Positions 58,511 through 64,000 of a stretch of 64,000 nucleotides of DNA are shown here, piece by piece. The stretch is from the human T2T-CHM13v2.0 reference genome, Homo sapiens. The stretch's first letter is position 1, and every line of letters starts with the position of its first letter. The stretch lies in the NCBI RefSeq assembly GCF_009914755.1, contig NC_060926.1. One strand, 5' to 3'. The translations under genes were made by a program, and so were the position numbers. Below the pieces are notes generated by a model, which was not told the DNA's origin, made no database searches, and saw only the letters and a list, made by a program, of their open reading frames with translations.

Positions 58511-59929
58511 CAGGCCAGAGAACGACACCAAATCTCCATCCTTGGCTATGAGAGTTTCCAGATTGTAAGATCTTTGATGTCTGACAGCAAAATCCAACAT
58601 TGCATTCTAATAGTTATAGGACTGAAAGATGTGAGTCCTCTCCCTGGTTGTAATACTTGACTTCATAATTACAGTGCAAGAGTGGTTCATACAAAATCTA
58701 TGTATTCCATAATCTTATCCCATAGGAATAGTGTGAGAAAATACCTTTAATGCTTTTAAAATGCATTGGATAAAATGATATGTTTTCAAAATAGTGCATA
58801 AAGCCCCATATTCTCTCTTTGGTCTCTGATTGCCATATGTCTTCCGTAATAGGTAATTGCCAGGAAGGTGGTTCCGTTTGACCAGCTGTGCTCTCCAGAA
58901 GGGGATGGTCATGCTGCAGAGCCAATGGATGTCCTTTATTGCTGGAGGCTTTCATCACTACTGATTTCTTTTTATTCTTTATTAATTTATGGGTATTCTA
59001 CTTCAAATTCCCAGTGGAAGGGAGATGGAATTAAGATACTGATAATGGCTAGAGAGTAGTATTCAGACTGTATTTATACATGTATCTAAATACATTCATA
59101 TATTTAAATATACATATTTAAATACCAATATGCAGTAATCCTAAGCATATATAGACATCTTCAGAATTAAAATGCATTTAGTTTAAAACTTAAGGATTTC
59201 AAAGTTCTAAACCAAATACGAAGACAATAAATTATTAAGCAATAATGCCAGGTTCTAAGTGCTTATCTTTGTCTTTGCTGTTATCATTCAATTAGGTGGA
59301 TATTAGAAAACATTCATGATATTTCACTTTTATTTCTTATCATCCCCACCGTAACCAGAATCTGAAGCTACACTTTCCCAATATGAACCTAGTAAAAGCT
59401 AAGTCGAAATTCAGGAGAAATACAGAACCTGTTGATGAAGGATAAAAATCTCAGTGTAGAAGGGCAGACGTGTCCTGAAGGAGCGCAGCTATGAAGGTGA
59501 CTGCAGCTGGCTCTCGGGCTGCCCGATTTGGAACTTTGTGAAGGAGCAGGAGTCACAGAGACAGTACCCAGAACAGATGTTCAATCTCTACGGGCCTACC
59601 CAGGTCAGATGGAAAAAGGTCCTTGAAGGAAACAAAATGGAGATGAAAAGGGGGGAAAAGAGAAAGGATGTGGATGTGTGCTGTCGAGAGCTCTATCTAG
59701 AGGGAAAACCCCATTTTAACAGCTTTCCAGCCTGGGAGGAATTGCTATAAAAGGATTTGACTTGCTTACCAAAAATAATAACTTCTCACTTTTTCCAGAT
59801 TTAAGAAAGTAAACAGCAGAGACATTTAGAAGTTTTCTTTGCATGCATTTTACTTATGATTATGGTTACAAAGATAATCTTTAAAAATATAATGTGATTT
59901 CTTTTAAAGAATATATTCAGAGATGGTAT

Positions 59930-60150
59930 AGGACAGTAGTTGGGAGCACTAGAGCCCATTTCTGGGTTTAGTCTCCATTTCTGGCTATGTGACCTCAGGC
60001 AAGTTATTGATCCTCTTGTGCCTCAGTTTTCTAATCTGTTAAATGGAAATATTAACAGTGTGTGCTTCCTAGCATACAATACTAATTTGATTCTCATTGT
60101 TGTGAGAGTCAAATTAGTTAGTAGACATAGTGAGTGATAGCTAAGTGTTG
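59930..60150 (+). mobile_element. MIR
   Basis: ggctatgtgacctcaggcaagttattgatcctcttgtgcctcagttttctaatctgttaaatgg. Confidence 0.8.
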
Positions 60151-60251
60151 ACTTCTATTATTAAATTATTTACCAAATATTAATCCCTCCTGCTAACATA
60201 AAACGCAACCCGTAGGAAAGGTGTTGGAATTAGGTGTGGGAAACAAGATGA

Positions 60252-60760
<509 letters not shown>

Positions 60761-61189
60761 GACACAGGCTCTTTTTAAAGTGCAAAGTGTTCTATAAATA
60801 TGAGTTACTGCCGACACACAAAAGCAAGCACTGTAAGGATAGGCCAGTGGGAGAGGCAGCTTAAAAAATGCCAGTCACCAGGTATGAGCTCCTGCTAAGA
60901 GGCTGCCACACATTCCAGCAAATTCTTCTAAACTCTAATGAAAGCCTGCTTTTCCCTGCTCAGGCTTCATTGAAGATAAACCTTCGAATAAAAGTCTTTG
61001 TAATGGAAAATTCATCTTCATCTTGTCAATTCCAGAGCCTCGCATTTTCTCTAGGCTTTATCTAGGCAGCATGGAGGGGCTGGTGTGCCACCGGATAAAG
61101 GAGAAGGGTTCCTAGATCAGCATCCAGGATTTAAATTACTACCTAAAGGCCAATGTCTCTGTGTTTAGATGAGACCAGGCTTCTTCCAG

Positions 61190-62190
61190 ACTCATAGAGC
61201 CACAGCCTAGCTGACATCTCCACTTGACTATCACAAGGGTCTCTCACAAGGGTTCCAACATAGAACACTTCATTTTTCTGTTTCTCCATGAACAGCACAA
61301 CCCACTGCAAAGCCCCAGACTCGCTGCCTCACCCTCCCTCACCTCCCACCACCTTGCTCCTTCTCAGGCCTCCTCCATTTTCTTTCCAAAGTTCTTCCAA
61401 ATCCGTCTGCCTCTCTCTTTTTCAAATTCCACCCTTCCATTCCTAGCAGCCAACATCTATTTCTTGGACTTCTACAACAGTCCCCAAACTTTTCTCCTTA
61501 TTCCCACTCTTGTCTCTCTCTATGTTCAACATTGTTCCAGAATGAAAAGTTCAAAGTTCCCTGCTTATCAATGGTTTAATAGTAATCATTATCATGAAAA
61601 CAATAGTGATGAAATAGCTACTATGAATTCAGCACTTAGCCAGGCACTGTGCTAGGCACTTTATCTGTCTCAACTCATTTAATCCTTACACTGATCCCAG
61701 GACATAGACACAATCATCACCCCATTTTACAGATTAAAAACACCAAGATGCAGGGAGGTATAAAATCACATGCCCATGGGACAAAGCTGGTGATAGTGGA
61801 ACTGGCCTTCAAACCTCCCCCTCCGACTCCCTCCCCTCTAGGATGAAGATGAAAGGCCTTGCGGGGCTCACCCAGCCCTGCAAGCCTTGCCCTGCCTGCT
61901 TCCACCTGCTGTCACCATGATTCTTCTCATCCTCTTAGCTCAGTCATGCCCGCAACTGCGCCATCTCCTCCCTCTCCTCTCCTAGGGTCTTTGTACATGG
62001 GAGTCTCTCCCAGCTCTCCAAGCCCAGGCAGATCCCTTCTGTGCATCTTCAAAGCACCTATTCCTGCATGTAATTACATACTTATCTGTGTGTGCACTAC
62101 TGGAGGGGCCATCTCAGCCTTCCTTAGCATTATATCCTAGCTCCTGGCACAGTGCCTGGTATACGTAAAGTGCTCAGCAAATCATTAACA
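61190..62190. mobile_element. L2 (+) interrupted by MIR (-, ~61590-61815)
   Basis: ctcatttaatcct...cccattttacagat (MIR); ggcacagtgcctggtatacgtaaagtgctcagcaaat (L2 end). Confidence 0.7.
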
Positions 62191-63695
62191 ACTAGGAAAT
62201 TGTAGTACGAGTGCAAGCAAAATTCTGTTTTTAGTTCGAGGGCCATTGTTTATTACCAGTGTGATTTTGTGCAAATTACCCCCATCTGAACTTCCAGAGG
62301 CCTGATTGTAACTTTCAGGTAACAATCCCAGCAATAATAGGAAAGCATGTTGGAGTTCTTAAAGCACTTTCACAAAAATTCCATTTGGTCCCAGGACGAC
62401 CCTGCAGGCTGCCCTTGACTAAACACTAAACGACAAGGCCTTCAATCAGAGTTAGGTGGCGACTGACTAACCAAGGGCGTGACAGAGCTTTAAGAACTGC
62501 AAAGTGCTCTATGTGAGTGAAGACTGGTGCTGCTTGCTCAGTCATCAGCCTTCAGCAACGTTTCCAAGTTTTCGCATTTGTTTAAGGGAGCTGAGCCTAA
62601 ATTGCAAAAGAAGGAGAGGGTGAAGAGCAGGGCTTGCCAAACACATTTAACTCATCACCAGCACACAGAGAGAGAGAGGGATGGCTGGGTGGGCCACAGC
62701 CATCTCACTCCGGCCCCCACCCTGGCCCCTGCTCTGCCCAAGTGAGCAGGAAGACAAGAACCTGCCCTTCTTTAGTTGATGTTCACTTCTCCGAAATATT
62801 CGATTATGAGGTACTGCCGATCACATGGGCAGCTCCTGGAGAACCCAAGCACTTCCGTTATCTGGGAAGCCAGTGGCCTCTTACCAACACCCTCCTGGAC
62901 CACCGCCCTCCCCCTGCCTCTCAGCCTTAGGTAATCTAAGGTAATTGTGAATACACAGATACTTCCTTAGGTTCTCAGGCTCTACATTTAATCTCTGCAG
63001 AGGATGTGACTCTATGTAGTTGTCAATGTTACTTCTGTGGATCAGAAGCTTACATGCTGGTTCTAAAAAACAATCTAATGTCATGTTATTCTTACAAAAT
63101 TAACAATTGAAAATAATCCCTTCCATAACATCCCTGCAAGCAGAAATGGGAACAAAACTTCCTCAAATCACAAAATAATTTTGTGAACACCAGCTTGATA
63201 GCTGTGATTATCTGCCTGCTTCTTCAGGTAAAACTATGCCAGCAGTAAAACTGCTTTTTAAAATAAAAGTAGCCCTAAAGATGTGGTTTTTCAGGTGACT
63301 TGAATTTTCTAAGACATTATGAAGTTGATTTAAAAACAGAAGCAGGTGAACTTTGTGTTGAATTTTTAAATGTAAACTCATATCAAAAACCAAACAAAAT
63401 AGAAATCTTAAGTAAATTGTCACCATTAGAGATTCTATTTTATTATAGCTATTCATTTTCAATGTATAAATAAAATCACAGAAAGTCCTAGATTATGTCT
63501 AATATTCAAATAATTTTCAAGCTATGCTAGCATAGAGCTAAAAAGGGGGACTATCTTCTATTTTTGTTTTATAAATCAAACAAAACAGGAAGTTCTCTTG
63601 TGTAGAGTTTTGCAGAAACAAAGTATAAGGCTGATCAAATTAGTTTATGATTTAAAATGAAAAAAGTTCTTTCTGGAGTAATAAATACTAATTAC

Positions 63696-63809
63696 CTTCT
63701 GGACACTGGCAGGTGAATCCACTGAGACTGGAAATGCATGTTGCTCCATTTCTGCATGGGTCTAGGATGCAGTAATCAATCTTGGACTGGCAAAGCTCTC
63801 CAGTATAAC
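63696..63809 (-). CDS. DNER: DNER coding exon (114 nt, one EGF repeat; probably exon 7)
   Basis: Minus strand TTCAG|GT TAT ACT GGA...CCA GAA G|GTAATT translates (G)YTGELCQSKIDYCILDPCRNGATCISSLSGFTCQCPE(G), matching the DNER EGF repeat; canonical AG/GT, phase 1-1. Absent from the ORF track because it is short. Confidence 0.96.
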
Positions 63810-64000
63810 CTGAATAAAACAAAATGTACATTTTATAAAATAAGCTCTTCCAGACCCACCATGAGCCACTCTAGGAATTGATGGATTCAACTGGTACCTG
63901 CCCAGTGAAGGCAGTGGCAGCCTTCAGCTAAGCTGCTCCTAGATCTCATTTATTTTTACAAACTATGGTAGTTTAGAAATAATCATAGTGGTTTAGAGTC

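Noticed and set aside
57430-59900. AT-rich unique sequence checked for a third GVIN-like fossil
   Set aside because: No convincing collinear motifs by eye; needs a computational search to exclude.

Overview
Primate (human-like) genomic DNA lying inside the DNER gene (Delta/Notch-like EGF repeat containing), which runs on the minus strand. Three phase-1/phase-1 EGF-domain coding exons (63696-63809, 33864-34088, 4656-4778; probably exons 7-9) are separated by two ~29 kb introns. The introns are rich in Alu, L1, L2, MIR, MaLR/ERV solo LTRs and hAT MITEs. The main unexpected observation is that each large intron appears to hold a heavily decayed, TE-fragmented, near full-length fossil of a very large inducible GTPase (GVIN/VLIG/URG4 family) gene on the + strand, antisense to DNER (~11545-24900 and ~36190-53860). 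Both were recognised from collinear motif remnants compared with remembered family motifs, so they need tblastn/HMM confirmation. Other notable items: a candidate intronic poly(A) isoform after the 225-nt exon, an L1 3' transduction, two 5'-inverted L1s, templated insertions and local duplications. Repeat subfamily calls and most repeat boundaries are by eye and approximate.
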